Of a DNA stretch of 48,354 bases, positions 19,089-28,259 are shown in pieces. How positions within the stretch are numbered: the stretch's first letter is position 1; each line of letters opens with the position of its first letter. Source of the stretch: a virus (lineage: Duplodnaviria > Caudoviricetes); the IMG/VR virus record IMGVR_UViG_3300046789_000072, positions 1 through 48,354 of that record; one strand, given 5' to 3'. Under the pieces are notes generated by a model. That model was not told the DNA's origin, did not search any database, and saw only the letters and a program-made list of their open reading frames with translations. A program made the translations under genes and the position numbers.

Positions 19089-19904
19089 TCAGACGTCGAT
19101 GCTGCCGCCGCCGGTGACGACGGGGATGAGGTAGCCGGTGCTGGTGGGGCCGATCTTCGCGGACGCGCCCAGCAGAAAGGACACGGCGTCCCCCTTCAGG
19201 TCCGTCGCCACGCCCACCTCGAGCGCGTACCCGGTGTTGAAGCCGAACACCCCGTCGGAAAACACGACGCCATCGAGCCTGATCCCCGACCCGGAGAGGG
19301 CCACCGCGGGGGCCGGGCGAACCGCAGAGTCCACCGCCGTCGAGATGAAGGTCGTGTTGCGGAGGGCCGTGTAGTCCGCGGCGATCGTGATCCAGGGGGT
19401 GTTGTCCTTCGGGCCACTGCTGAAGCGGCAGCCGTCGATCACCAGACCTACACCCGCTCCCGTCTGCGCGATCCTGCTCTGGCCCCCGACGATGAGATCG
19501 GTGCTCTCCAGAAAGGAGATGTTCCTGATCTGGACGTTCGCTGCGACGACCGTGAACACGGCGGACGTCGTCGCGCCGTTGCGGAGCTTCACGTTCGGAA
19601 CGCCCGCCGTCTGGCCGCAGCCCACGATGATGAGCCCTCGCTTGTTGAGGGCGATGGCCGGAGCGAGAAGCGCCTCGTCATGCCCGTCGAGAAGCATGAT
19701 GACGTCGTTCTCGCTCGCGTTGGTGACCGCCTGCCTGAGCGTCTTGAGCGGGGCCTGCTTGTCGCGCCCAGCCGGCGCCACGGCGTCCACACCAGTCGCG
19801 AAGTGCACGTACCAGCAAACCGAGTCGAACCCGTAAAAAGGCCGGTTGGTGGCAATCAAGTCGACCGTGCCGCCGAGGCCGGCCGTGTTGAGGGACATCA
19901 CCAC
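19089..19904 (-). CDS. Beta-helix virion protein (head or tail fibre)
   Basis: YVH...G.D...G....PLKTLRQAV...DVIMLLDGH followed by beta-helix repeats. Confidence 0.7.
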   Translation of the reverse strand: MVMSLNTAGLGGTVDLIATNRPFYGFDSVCWYVHFATGVDAVAPAGRDKQAPLKTLRQAVTNASENDVIMLLDGHDEALLAPAIALNKRGLIIVGCGQTAGVPNVKLRNGATTSAVFTVVAANVQIRNISFLESTDLIVGGQSRIAQTGAGVGLVIDGCRFSSGPKDNTPWITIAADYTALRNTTFISTAVDSAVRPAPAVALSGSGIRLDGVVFSDGVFGFNTGYALEVGVATDLKGDAVSFLLGASAKIGPTSTGYLIPVVTGGGSIDV

Positions 19905-20609
19905 TTAGCGCCTCCATCCTGTGGGGTGAGAGAGCACCGCGCGCCCCGGGCCCTTGCTCGTGGCCAGGCGCTTCGAGGGCCCGAGTGCGAGGTCTGCTTG
20001 CTGGCGCAGGTAGCCGCAGCGGATCGGGTTCACCGAGTTCGCCACCGCGACGGCGTGCGCCAGGTCATAGAGCACGAACTTCATCCAGTGGCGCTCGAGG
20101 TCGACAGTGGCCGAGCCGTCGTCGTTGTCGGCGAGCAGGCGACTGCGCTGGATCTCGAGCACGCCGTTCGTGTCGGGGATGGGCCACAGGAAGAGCGTGG
20201 TCGTGGCGTGCATCTGCGAGTAGAAGATGCTCGGCCGGCCCTTGCTCTCCTTGTCGGCGATGCCCATGTACTCCTCGCGCGTCACCTGCCGCACGTAGGT
20301 CGAGCCGCCGTCCAGGGTCGAGCTGTACTGGCCGTCGCCCACCACGATCAGCGTCGTCGAGGGCAGGTCGTAGTTGACCACCCCGTCCTCGGTGACCACG
20401 TCGTAGAGCTCGATCGAGCGCGCGAACGAGCCCAGGGCCTGCATGTGGTCGATGTTGATCTCGAGGAAGTCCCTGGCTTGCGCGGAGAGGTTCTCCCACT
20501 GCCTGCCGCTGCGCGGCGCGCCCGCCGGCAAGACGCCCGCCGTCTGCACGGCCAGCATCACGATGCGATCGATGTCGAGCTCGCGGGTGCTGCTCAGGGC
20601 GACGGTCAT
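19905..20609 (-). CDS. Head-tail adaptor (podovirus type)
   Basis: REEY..I.DK..KGRPS.FY...LFLWPIPD motif; gene position. Confidence 0.8.
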   Translation of the reverse strand: MTVALSSTRELDIDRIVMLAVQTAGVLPAGAPRSGRQWENLSAQARDFLEINIDHMQALGSFARSIELYDVVTEDGVVNYDLPSTTLIVVGDGQYSSTLDGGSTYVRQVTREEYMGIADKESKGRPSIFYSQMHATTTLFLWPIPDTNGVLEIQRSRLLADNDDGSATVDLERHWMKFVLYDLAHAVAVANSVNPIRCGYLRQQADLALGPSKRLATSKGPGRAVLSHPTGWRR

Positions 20610-20896
20610 CAGATGTCCTCCCGCGTGAGGCGCTGGATGGGCACGGCGTGGATGTCCACGCGGAAGTAGGAGCCGCCGTCATGGTCCGACTCGTGGGAGG
20701 CCACCTCGGCCGCCCCTGCGGCGTTCTCCTGGTCGAGCGTGACCGTGTCCCTGCCGGCCTGGTCGTCAGGGCAGGCAAGCAGGCCTGCGGCGTCCCTGAC
20801 CATCTTGCAGCGCGGCCAGCGCACCCCGCAGTAGTCGCAGTGCGCCGCGTAGCTCCCTCGCCAGCTCTGGGGCCATTTCCTGCCGATCGTGCGCAC
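20609..20896 (-). CDS. Small Cys-containing morphogenesis-region protein
   Basis: CDYCG...LLACPD; AGGAGG RBS before GTG at 20896. Confidence 0.65.
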   Translation of the reverse strand: MRTIGRKWPQSWRGSYAAHCDYCGVRWPRCKMVRDAAGLLACPDDQAGRDTVTLDQENAAGAAEVASHESDHDGGSYFRVDIHAVPIQRLTREDI

Positions 20897-20908
20897 GGGG
20901 ACCTCCTG

Positions 20909-20941
20909 AAAGACGAAAGGCCCCCGGAACACCCAGGGGCC
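20909..20941 (-). terminator. Intrinsic terminator after the capsid gene block
   Basis: GGCCCCTGG-gtgtt-CCGGGGGCC followed by TTTCGTCTTT. Confidence 0.75.
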
Positions 20942-20967
20942 AGTTGGTCACGGCCCAGAAGCCGCGA

Positions 20968-21942
20968 TCAGGTGGCCACAGCCGCCGGACTGAGCACTCC
21001 GCTGGCACGGGGCTCGTCTGCGACCAGGTTCTGGAAGCACTTGAACAGCGCCGCGGCGCCGAGGGTGATGCCCGTGGCCGCGGCCACGCCGTTGGCCAGG
21101 ATGGCGATGAAGTTGTTGGCGATGATGCCGTCGGCCGCCACGCTGTCGACGGCGATGGCCGCGCTCGAGGCAGTCATCGTGTTGTACAGGACGTTGCGCA
21201 GGATCTGGGCCTGCAGGCACGCGGCCCGGATGTGGATGAGACCGTTCGCCACCGTGGCGCTGAACAGCATCTCGTTGTCGCTGATGCGCAGGCGCTGCGG
21301 GGGCGCGGCCCCGAGCACGTTGATGCCGTCCGTCACGTTGTGGGTGGCGGTGCCGTAGATGTAGTTGCCGATGATGGTCGTGTCGTGCGCGCCCGTGCCG
21401 ACCTCGATGGCGATGGTGGCCTTCAGCGCCGCGCCGGACGCCACCTCGATGGCGTTGCCGACGAGCTCGTTGCCGACGCCCGTGATCTCGATCGCCTTCA
21501 CGACGACCGCGCCTTCGAGCCGAAGCTTCAGGCCCTGGATGGTGCAGTTCTTCTTGCTGATGAGCCACTTCGAAGCCGTGGTCGTCCAGCGGAAGGTCGG
21601 CGCGCTGTCCTGGCGGGTCGAGCCGAGACCGAGGATGGTCGTGCCGTCGACCAGGTTCGCGAGCATGTTCGCGTCGACCACGTTCTCGAGGTGGCCGGGC
21701 AGCACGATGACGATGTCACCCGCCCCCGGACGGCACTGCTTGAGCGCGTCGGCGAGCGTCTTGTACCGGCGCTGCTCGATCTCCGGCGGGTCGCCGTTGA
21801 CGGGCACGTTGCGCACGTAGGCCGCGATGCGGCCCGTGGGCGGCAGCATCAGGGCGAGACTGGTCTTGAGGCCCGCCCCCACGTGCGCGTAGGGCACGTC
21901 GGGGAAGCTCGCGGAGCCGTAGGCTACGTTCTCGGTTCCCAT
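20968..21942 (-). CDS. Beta-helix capsid-associated fibre protein
   Basis: YKTLADAL...GDIVIVLPGHLE plus beta-helix repeats; directly after the major capsid gene. Confidence 0.7.
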   Translation of the reverse strand: MGTENVAYGSASFPDVPYAHVGAGLKTSLALMLPPTGRIAAYVRNVPVNGDPPEIEQRRYKTLADALKQCRPGAGDIVIVLPGHLENVVDANMLANLVDGTTILGLGSTRQDSAPTFRWTTTASKWLISKKNCTIQGLKLRLEGAVVVKAIEITGVGNELVGNAIEVASGAALKATIAIEVGTGAHDTTIIGNYIYGTATHNVTDGINVLGAAPPQRLRISDNEMLFSATVANGLIHIRAACLQAQILRNVLYNTMTASSAAIAVDSVAADGIIANNFIAILANGVAAATGITLGAAALFKCFQNLVADEPRASGVLSPAAVAT

Positions 21943-21950
21943 GGAGCTCC

Positions 21951-22853
21951 TCAGGCGTTGACGAACATCAGGGCGCGCGGATCGGTCCAGCCGCGAGACC
22001 AGCGCGCGCTGATCGCGTAGCTCATGAGCTCCTGCGAGTTCTCGACGTAGGAGCGGTTGCGGGGCTTACGACGCCACCTGAAATTCGGGCCGTTCTCCGC
22101 GTCGGTGAGCGCCGCCCAGTTGGTGGTGGTGTTGTCCCAGAATTTCAGCGAGTGGTTCGTGAGGCCGAGCTTCTTCACGACGTTGATCTCGTTGTTGTTG
22201 CTCTCCGGAACGCGGTCAGTCAGGAGGATGCCCTCCCAGACCGCCCACTGCTCGACGGGGCTGATGATCTTCGTCAGCTCGTAGCCCTCGGTCACGCCGT
22301 CGTGCCCGGGGAGCTTCTTCGCTTGCGAGACCAGCTGGATGACCGCCGAACGTGACGGCGTCATGGGCACCGTCATGATGTTCGAGAAAGTGCCGCCGTG
22401 AGGCAGGGTATGCACTGCGCTCGCCAGCGGCTGGCCGTCACCGCCCGTGACGTTCGGGTCCGTCGCGCGTACGAGCATCGTGGTCGCGTCGATGTCGGCC
22501 GTCTTGTAGAGCGCGCGCTTCAGACGCTTCGCGGCGTTGATCACGCGGTCGTACTTGTTGTCCTCGAGCGCCTCCTCCGACACGACCAGCCGCAGCGCGA
22601 ACTTGCGCGACTGGTAGCGCGTGGGCGCACCCTCGCGGATGGCGCCGATCGGGATCTCTTCTCCCTCGGGCACTTCCGCGGCCAACCCGGGACCACCGTA
22701 CTCCTGGTCGTCCTCGTAGTTGTCCGACATCGACTTCTCGTCGCACCACTGCTTGTAGTCGAGGTTCGACTCGTAGCCGTCCGTCTTGTCATCGACGATG
22801 GTCTCGAGGGTCGCCTTCAGAGCCCGGAAGATTACGCCTGTAAAAACAGTCAT
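21951..22853 (-). CDS. Major capsid protein (HK97 fold, Mu gpT-like)
   Basis: EGEEI...KFAL..VSEEALEDNKY, GGDGQPL.S..H.L, and C-terminal RWSRGWTDPR. Confidence 0.9.
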   Translation of the reverse strand: MTVFTGVIFRALKATLETIVDDKTDGYESNLDYKQWCDEKSMSDNYEDDQEYGGPGLAAEVPEGEEIPIGAIREGAPTRYQSRKFALRLVVSEEALEDNKYDRVINAAKRLKRALYKTADIDATTMLVRATDPNVTGGDGQPLASAVHTLPHGGTFSNIMTVPMTPSRSAVIQLVSQAKKLPGHDGVTEGYELTKIISPVEQWAVWEGILLTDRVPESNNNEINVVKKLGLTNHSLKFWDNTTTNWAALTDAENGPNFRWRRKPRNRSYVENSQELMSYAISARWSRGWTDPRALMFVNA

Positions 22854-22881
22854 TGCAGCTCTCCTTCAGGTCATCCAGCGA

Positions 22882-23544
22882 TCAGAGACCCGCCACCGTG
22901 GTCGCGGCGGAGCCGGCCTCGGCGCTGTCGTTCACCTTCACGAGCAGCTTCACGTTCGCGCCCGAAAAGTCCTTGTTGTGGGTGCTCTTGCTGATGCCCA
23001 CGATGCGCCAGCCGCGAGCCTCGCTGCCCGCGCCGCCCGCGCTGGGCAGAAGCAGACGGGGGTCGGCCTTCGGTCGGCCGGCGATGGAAAAGTCGCCCAG
23101 GCAGTTGTGCTCCGCGTTCTCATGAATGAGCGCGCGGTAGGCGGCCTCGGTGATGCCCGGAGCAGTGCCGCCCACGTCGATCTCCCAGATGATGCCCTTG
23201 GCGGGAACCACCTCGACCAGCGTGGAGCGTTCGATGTTTCCGCCACCGGTGGTGCCGCCAGGGACGCGGTCTGCGGGGCGCGTCACGCCCGTGGAGGCCT
23301 CGTAGATGCGGTGCACGCCGATGATGATGCCGTACACGAGGTCGAGCGAGTTCGCGAGCTCGACGCCGCCGCTACTGCCGGCCGCCATTCTCACCGGATC
23401 GCCGATGTTCAGATCCACCGAGGGGCCGGCGGCATCGGCAACGGCCTGGTAGGCGTCGGCAACGTGGAAGAGCTCGCCCTTGGGCAGATCGTTGTACTGG
23501 CCCTTGTAGAACCGGAACCCGTACCTGTGGATGTTATCGGCCAC
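22882..23544 (-). CDS. Capsid decoration / cement protein
   Basis: YGFR...IGDPV motif; immediately upstream of the major capsid gene. Confidence 0.7.
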   Translation of the reverse strand: MADNIHRYGFRFYKGQYNDLPKGELFHVADAYQAVADAAGPSVDLNIGDPVRMAAGSSGGVELANSLDLVYGIIIGVHRIYEASTGVTRPADRVPGGTTGGGNIERSTLVEVVPAKGIIWEIDVGGTAPGITEAAYRALIHENAEHNCLGDFSIAGRPKADPRLLLPSAGGAGSEARGWRIVGISKSTHNKDFSGANVKLLVKVNDSAEAGSAATTVAGL

Positions 23545-23554
23545 GCTGTCCTCC

Positions 23555-24055
23555 TTAGACGCCGAACTCTTCGACGAGCTCAGACTCGTTTTCCACGTGC
23601 ATGTGACGAGCGCCGCCGATGCCGCGCAACATGTCCCGGGTCGCGCCGCGACGATCGAGCAGACGCTTCTCGAGCCGGTCCCAGGGCTCCGTGCCCTGCC
23701 CCATGCCCGGCGCGCCGCGCAGCCGAATCTCGTCGGCGACGTCCTTGCTCACCGACATCAGCACGTGACCCCGATAGGTGATCACCTCGCCCGGCTTGAG
23801 GGTCGAGCGCATGCCGAAGAGCCGCACGCCGTCGGACGACGACACCTCGCGCACGTAGCCGTTCTCCTCGTACGTCCCCATGGCGTCGAGGTCCGACATG
23901 TTCACCAGCACATACTTGCGCTTGGGGTTGGCACCCTTTAGGGTGGCCACGTTGTGGGCCCCGTCTGCGTGCCTGCGGACTGGGTCCCTCCGCTTCTGGG
24001 CTTGGGCAGCCTGTGAAGCGAGGTTCTGGTCAGGGGCTCTCGTCTGTTCTGCCAC
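23555..24055 (-). CDS. Conserved head-region protein (166 aa, GTG start)
   Basis: KYVLVN...GY...GHVLMSV pattern between scaffold and decoration genes. Confidence 0.65.
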   Translation of the reverse strand: MAEQTRAPDQNLASQAAQAQKRRDPVRRHADGAHNVATLKGANPKRKYVLVNMSDLDAMGTYEENGYVREVSSSDGVRLFGMRSTLKPGEVITYRGHVLMSVSKDVADEIRLRGAPGMGQGTEPWDRLEKRLLDRRGATRDMLRGIGGARHMHVENESELVEEFGV

Positions 24056-24176
24056 GATGCATCCTTCACCGTCCTGCCTGACTGGTGAGGTCCCCCCGGG
24101 GTGCATCGGGCGAACAGACTTGGGCATCTGTCGCCGAACAGGCGCTTCGCTGGGCAGCTAGGCGCCGATGAGGGGC

Positions 24177-24205
24177 AAGTTACGCCCGGACTGTTTTCCT
24201 GTCAA
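24177..24205 (-). promoter_or_regulatory. Sigma70-type promoter for the capsid block
   Basis: TTGACA-N17-TAACTT; the -35 box overlaps the scaffold stop codon. Confidence 0.75.
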
Positions 24206-25104
24206 TCGTCGTCCTTGCCGAGCGACCGACCCTCGTTGTTCGCCCACAGCTTGTAGCGCTTCTCCTCGTCCTTCACGTGCGAGTACTTGGCGTTCGCCAT
24301 GCGCCGCAATTCCGGGGTCATACGCACGACGCCGGGCTCGCGGACGCTGCTCTGCCCGCGGGGTGGTCCAGCAAACCGGCTGCGCTGCGCCTCCGTCGGT
24401 CCGGGCTCCTTGCCCAGGCCGAACGCCCGGCGCGCCGCGTTCATGGCGAGCTCGAGGGTCTCCTGCGAGTCGGCCCGGCCCGTCGCGACGAGCTTTCGGA
24501 ACTCACCCTCGGCGTACGCCACCGCGGCGGGCTTCTGGTAGACGTCGCTATGGCGAGCCCGAATGGCCGCCCGCATCACGTTCTGGGTCGTGCGCTGCGC
24601 GTCCACGCCGCTGCGCCGTTCGAGCATCCGCTCGGCCGTCATCTCGATGCGCTGTCGCTCGATGCGCGCCGAGAGCTTCGTGTACTCGTCCTTGTCGGCC
24701 TGGGTGACTTGGTGCCCCTTCGCGATCAGAGCGCGGTACGCGTCGGTGTGCTGCTTCTGGAGCTGGCCGTAGCGCTCCTCGAAGTCCGCCTCTCCGTCGT
24801 CCTCGTCGTCGTCCGTGCTGTCCTTGACGTTCTGGCGTGCGGAGAACGCGCCCTCGAGCCGCGCGAGCCGGAGCTTGGTCTCCTCATTCTCCCGGCGCAG
24901 ACGCTCGTTCTCGTCGCGCATCGTGCCGCGCTCGCGTTTCCTGTCAGCGCGCGTCTGCACGACGGCGACTTCAGCGCCCTGGTCGTCGCGCTCCATGCGC
25001 ACTTCCGAGTCGTCGGTCGCGTCTTTGACCTGCTGCTGGAAGCGTTCGAGAGGGCCCTTGTCGTCCTTCTCGTCGTCGGGGTCGGTGAACACGTCTTTTG
25101 GCAT
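24202..25104 (-). CDS. Capsid scaffolding protein
   Basis: Charged coiled coil with C-terminal VRMTPELRRMA; gene position. Confidence 0.75.
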   Translation of the reverse strand: MPKDVFTDPDDEKDDKGPLERFQQQVKDATDDSEVRMERDDQGAEVAVVQTRADRKRERGTMRDENERLRRENEETKLRLARLEGAFSARQNVKDSTDDDEDDGEADFEERYGQLQKQHTDAYRALIAKGHQVTQADKDEYTKLSARIERQRIEMTAERMLERRSGVDAQRTTQNVMRAAIRARHSDVYQKPAAVAYAEGEFRKLVATGRADSQETLELAMNAARRAFGLGKEPGPTEAQRSRFAGPPRGQSSVREPGVVRMTPELRRMANAKYSHVKDEEKRYKLWANNEGRSLGKDDD

Positions 25105-25115
25105 AGGCTCTCCTC

Positions 25116-25772
25116 TCAGTAGTCTTCAGGAACCCAGGGATTGCCTGGTTTGATCGGGGGCTGTCCGAGGTGCGTGAGCCGGTGCTCCATCCCGCTGTCC
25201 GTCGTCACGCACGTCGTCCTCACAAACCCCTGTTTGCGGCGCCTGGGCAGCTCCTCGGACGCGATCAGGTCGCCGTCGCGCAGGATCAGCACGTTCACCT
25301 CCACCCCCCGGATCTCCTGCATCGTGAGCTTCCAGGGCGAGAGCCTGATGAAGTTCACGACGTCTCCCAGCTCGACGCCGTTCGAGCGCAGGCTGTCGAG
25401 CGCCTTGAGCCCGGCCGACACGACCACCCCGCGGGGCGTTCCCTCCTCCTCACGCTGCCGAACGCCCTCCGGCTTGATGAGCGTCGTGCCCTCGATGACG
25501 TCGCCGAACACGCGCGGCAGCTGCCAGACGAAGATGCGGTCGAACAGCGCGTCGGTGTGGAACACGGAGTCGGGGATCCCGTACTTCAGCCGGGCGTCCT
25601 CGAGCCGCGGGTCCTGAAGGCCCTCGAGCGCACCTGGGGGTGAGATGTACTTCGCCCACTCGCCACTCTTATCGAGCCGCTCGGCGAGGCGCATCATCTT
25701 CGCGTCGCGCCCCGGGCCAGGGGCCATGCGCTTGATCTCTTCCATCTCGTCGACTTCGGTCCGTTCCATCAC
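25116..25772 (-). CDS. GroES/Cpn10-like co-chaperonin
   Basis: LFDRIFV...LIKPE...PRGVVVSAG...VELGDVVNF...LILRDGDLIA. Confidence 0.8.
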   Translation of the reverse strand: MMERTEVDEMEEIKRMAPGPGRDAKMMRLAERLDKSGEWAKYISPPGALEGLQDPRLEDARLKYGIPDSVFHTDALFDRIFVWQLPRVFGDVIEGTTLIKPEGVRQREEEGTPRGVVVSAGLKALDSLRSNGVELGDVVNFIRLSPWKLTMQEIRGVEVNVLILRDGDLIASEELPRRRKQGFVRTTCVTTDSGMEHRLTHLGQPPIKPGNPWVPEDY

Positions 25773-26008
25773 TTCGCTCCTTCCGAGAATCGTGCCCCAC
25801 CCAAGTCCACCACGAGGGCGTCCAGCTCGCGGAACCGGCAGAGCGCCCCGCGTACGTCCGCGTCACTCGAGCTCGAGGCCGCCGTGATCAAGCTGCCGAG
25901 CGCCGACACGCGCTTTCTCTCGAGCTCACGCCGCCGCTTGTGCGTGAGCGGGTGCTCCAGCCACGCGTCCTCGAAGTCGACCTCGTCAATCCTGTCGCGG
26001 CGGTCCAC
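25769..26008 (-). CDS. Hypothetical protein after portal (79 aa)
   Basis: WLEHPLT motif; AAGGA RBS with GTG start. Confidence 0.6.
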   Translation of the reverse strand: MDRRDRIDEVDFEDAWLEHPLTHKRRRELERKRVSALGSLITAASSSSDADVRGALCRFRELDALVVDLGGARFSEGAK

Positions 26009-26138
26009 GGTCGTCCTTCTGGATGATGCACAGCGCAAGCGCCACCATCCCGCACCACCCACCAACGATGAACGCGCCGAGGACCCAGCCCCAACACGAC
26101 GCCCAACACGAGGAACAGATGAGAGCGGACAACAGCAT
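25986..26138 (-). CDS. Small membrane protein (50 aa), not in the ORF track
   Basis: MLLSALICSSCWASCWGWVLGAFIVGGWCGMVALALCIIQKDDRGPPRQD; starts right after the portal stop. Confidence 0.5.
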   Translation of the reverse strand: MLLSALICSSCWASCWGWVLGAFIVGGWCGMVALALCIIQKDDRGPPRQD

Positions 26139-28256
26139 TCAGGCCTCCGGAGGAGGTGGGGGTGGAAGTGCCATGGGCGCCTGCGGAGGAGCCGGCGGCG
26201 GACCGAGCAGCGCCACCATGTCCTGCATGTCGCGTGCAACGAGGCAGTTCTTCGTCGCCTCGTACACGATGGCCGTGTTCTGGATCAGGATGGGGTTGTT
26301 CATGATCATCGCGAGCACTTCGTCGGCCTCGGCCACGCGCTGCGCCATGGACGTGAACTTCAGGTCGCTCCTGACCTCGATCTGGTAGTTCTTCTTGTAC
26401 ATCTCGCGACGCACCACGAGCTGCTCCGACGCGGTGCCCGGCTGCACGCTGATGTTCACGATCTCCTCGTCGGGCAGGTAGATCGAGTTGAGCTTGCTGT
26501 TGTTCTTCAGCACCTGCTCGTAGAAGTTCGCGAAGTTCCGAGCCACCACGCCGAGCTGCAAGGTCGCCTGCTCGATGCGCGCCGAGTGCCCGCGGTAGGT
26601 CTCGCCAGACTTGCCAGCGGCGCCGCTGAGCACGTCGGGCGCCTGCGCGGCGTCCTGGGCCATCTCGCGCATAAGCCGCACGACCTCCATCAGCTGCGGG
26701 TTCGCAGGCGTAGGCCGGAGCTCCATGATGGCGTTCTTCATCTCGCCCGAGCTCAGCCCCTTCACCTTCGTGAAACCACCGGGGACGATTTTCAGCTCGT
26801 TCGTGACGTCGAACTCCTCCGACACGAGCATGCCCCAGGCGTTGTTGAGCGTGGCCGCGTCGGTGAACTGCGACATGGCCACGTTCGCCGCGACGTTCAG
26901 GTCGGCCAGGATGCGGCCGTAGCCGATGCCCACCACGCCCGTGAGCGGCTCGATGCAGACGCCGTGGCTGTACATGTTGATCGGCTTGCGGTCGGGCGGA
27001 CGCGGGAGCTCCCCCGTATCGTAGGGGTCCACCATCCACTGCGGGGGGATGGGCGGTGCGGGGATCGGCATGCGCCTGAGGTCGTTCAGGTTCGACATCG
27101 CCTCGGCCTTCTCGTAGACGCCGGCCGTCTGGGCGTCGATGGTGCCCTGGAGCTCGCCCTCCTTCTTCTCGAGGCCTGTGATCGTGGTCTCGTAGATCTT
27201 GTTCGACTCGCGGTACGCGATGAGCTCGGCCATCTCCTGCTCGTAACGAGCTCGATCCTGCCAGTCCTCCTCCTCGTGGATGGACAGGTGCAGCACGGCG
27301 CGCGTCGTCGTGTCGACGATCGCCTTCACGTAACGGTCGTTCACCTGGTCGGGCAGAATGTCCACCCAGCCCTCGTACTGGATGAGCTTGTAGGGGTTGT
27401 AGCGACTGTCGGTCTCCTGCTCGAGGCGCGTCACCTCGGCGTTGGCCTCGCGCAGCTGGGCCTCTGGCTCCGAGTCCCAGTCGGGCGACTTCCGCTCAAG
27501 GACCTTGTCGACGTTCTCCCAGATGCCGCGCATGCGCTGGAGCTCGTGCCGGTAGTAGCGAAGCACCTGCATCTTGTACGGGATGTCGCTGTAGTCGGGC
27601 GTGGCCGACGCCATGGAAAAGGGCACCACGAACTCATCCACCGTGAGCACGTCGTGCCGGTTGCGCCTTTCCATGGGGTCGAACTTCGACAGACACGTGA
27701 CGTCGCCGTTGACGATGTAGAGCGTCAACGCCCTCATCATCTGGCGCCGAAAATCGACGATTTTGTTCCGAATCTGCCAGTTTCCATGTTTGGTGAGCAC
27801 GTCCGCCGTCGACTCGTCATCAGGGCCGATCGGCACGACGCCGTACGTCGCTGACCAGTCGCCAAACAGCTCCGAGGCGATGCGGAACACGAGGCGAGAG
27901 CCGTTCTCGAGCAGGATCGGGATGTGCGCGTTGGCGCTGTCCTTGAAGGGGAAGTTCTTGGGCGGCAGGTCGCCCGTGAAGAGCTTGTACGCCTGCGCCG
28001 AGCGCTCGCGGTACTCCTCGGAGGCCTCCCAGGCGCTGTCGAAGTCGGAGAGCACCTGATCGGAGAGCTCCTTGAGCGCCTCGCGGCCCTTCTTGTGCAC
28101 CTGGAAGTCCACGACCATGTTGATCGCGTTCTCGTCGTAGACGAACTCGCCCTCCTCGTCTTGCGAGTCGAGCGGGTCGTCGAGCGGCACCTCGAGCACG
28201 TCCGGAGGAGACTCCTCCTCGTCGAGCGGCGCCGCGGGCATGTTCACGTTCTTCAT
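26139..28256 (-). CDS. Portal protein (podovirus type, 705 aa)
   Basis: FPFKDSAN...P.L, GIGYG..L..LN......Q..DA.TL.N; follows TerL. Confidence 0.9.
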   Translation of the reverse strand: MKNVNMPAAPLDEEESPPDVLEVPLDDPLDSQDEEGEFVYDENAINMVVDFQVHKKGREALKELSDQVLSDFDSAWEASEEYRERSAQAYKLFTGDLPPKNFPFKDSANAHIPILLENGSRLVFRIASELFGDWSATYGVVPIGPDDESTADVLTKHGNWQIRNKIVDFRRQMMRALTLYIVNGDVTCLSKFDPMERRNRHDVLTVDEFVVPFSMASATPDYSDIPYKMQVLRYYRHELQRMRGIWENVDKVLERKSPDWDSEPEAQLREANAEVTRLEQETDSRYNPYKLIQYEGWVDILPDQVNDRYVKAIVDTTTRAVLHLSIHEEEDWQDRARYEQEMAELIAYRESNKIYETTITGLEKKEGELQGTIDAQTAGVYEKAEAMSNLNDLRRMPIPAPPIPPQWMVDPYDTGELPRPPDRKPINMYSHGVCIEPLTGVVGIGYGRILADLNVAANVAMSQFTDAATLNNAWGMLVSEEFDVTNELKIVPGGFTKVKGLSSGEMKNAIMELRPTPANPQLMEVVRLMREMAQDAAQAPDVLSGAAGKSGETYRGHSARIEQATLQLGVVARNFANFYEQVLKNNSKLNSIYLPDEEIVNISVQPGTASEQLVVRREMYKKNYQIEVRSDLKFTSMAQRVAEADEVLAMIMNNPILIQNTAIVYEATKNCLVARDMQDMVALLGPPPAPPQAPMALPPPPPPEA

Positions 28257-28259
28257 GGC

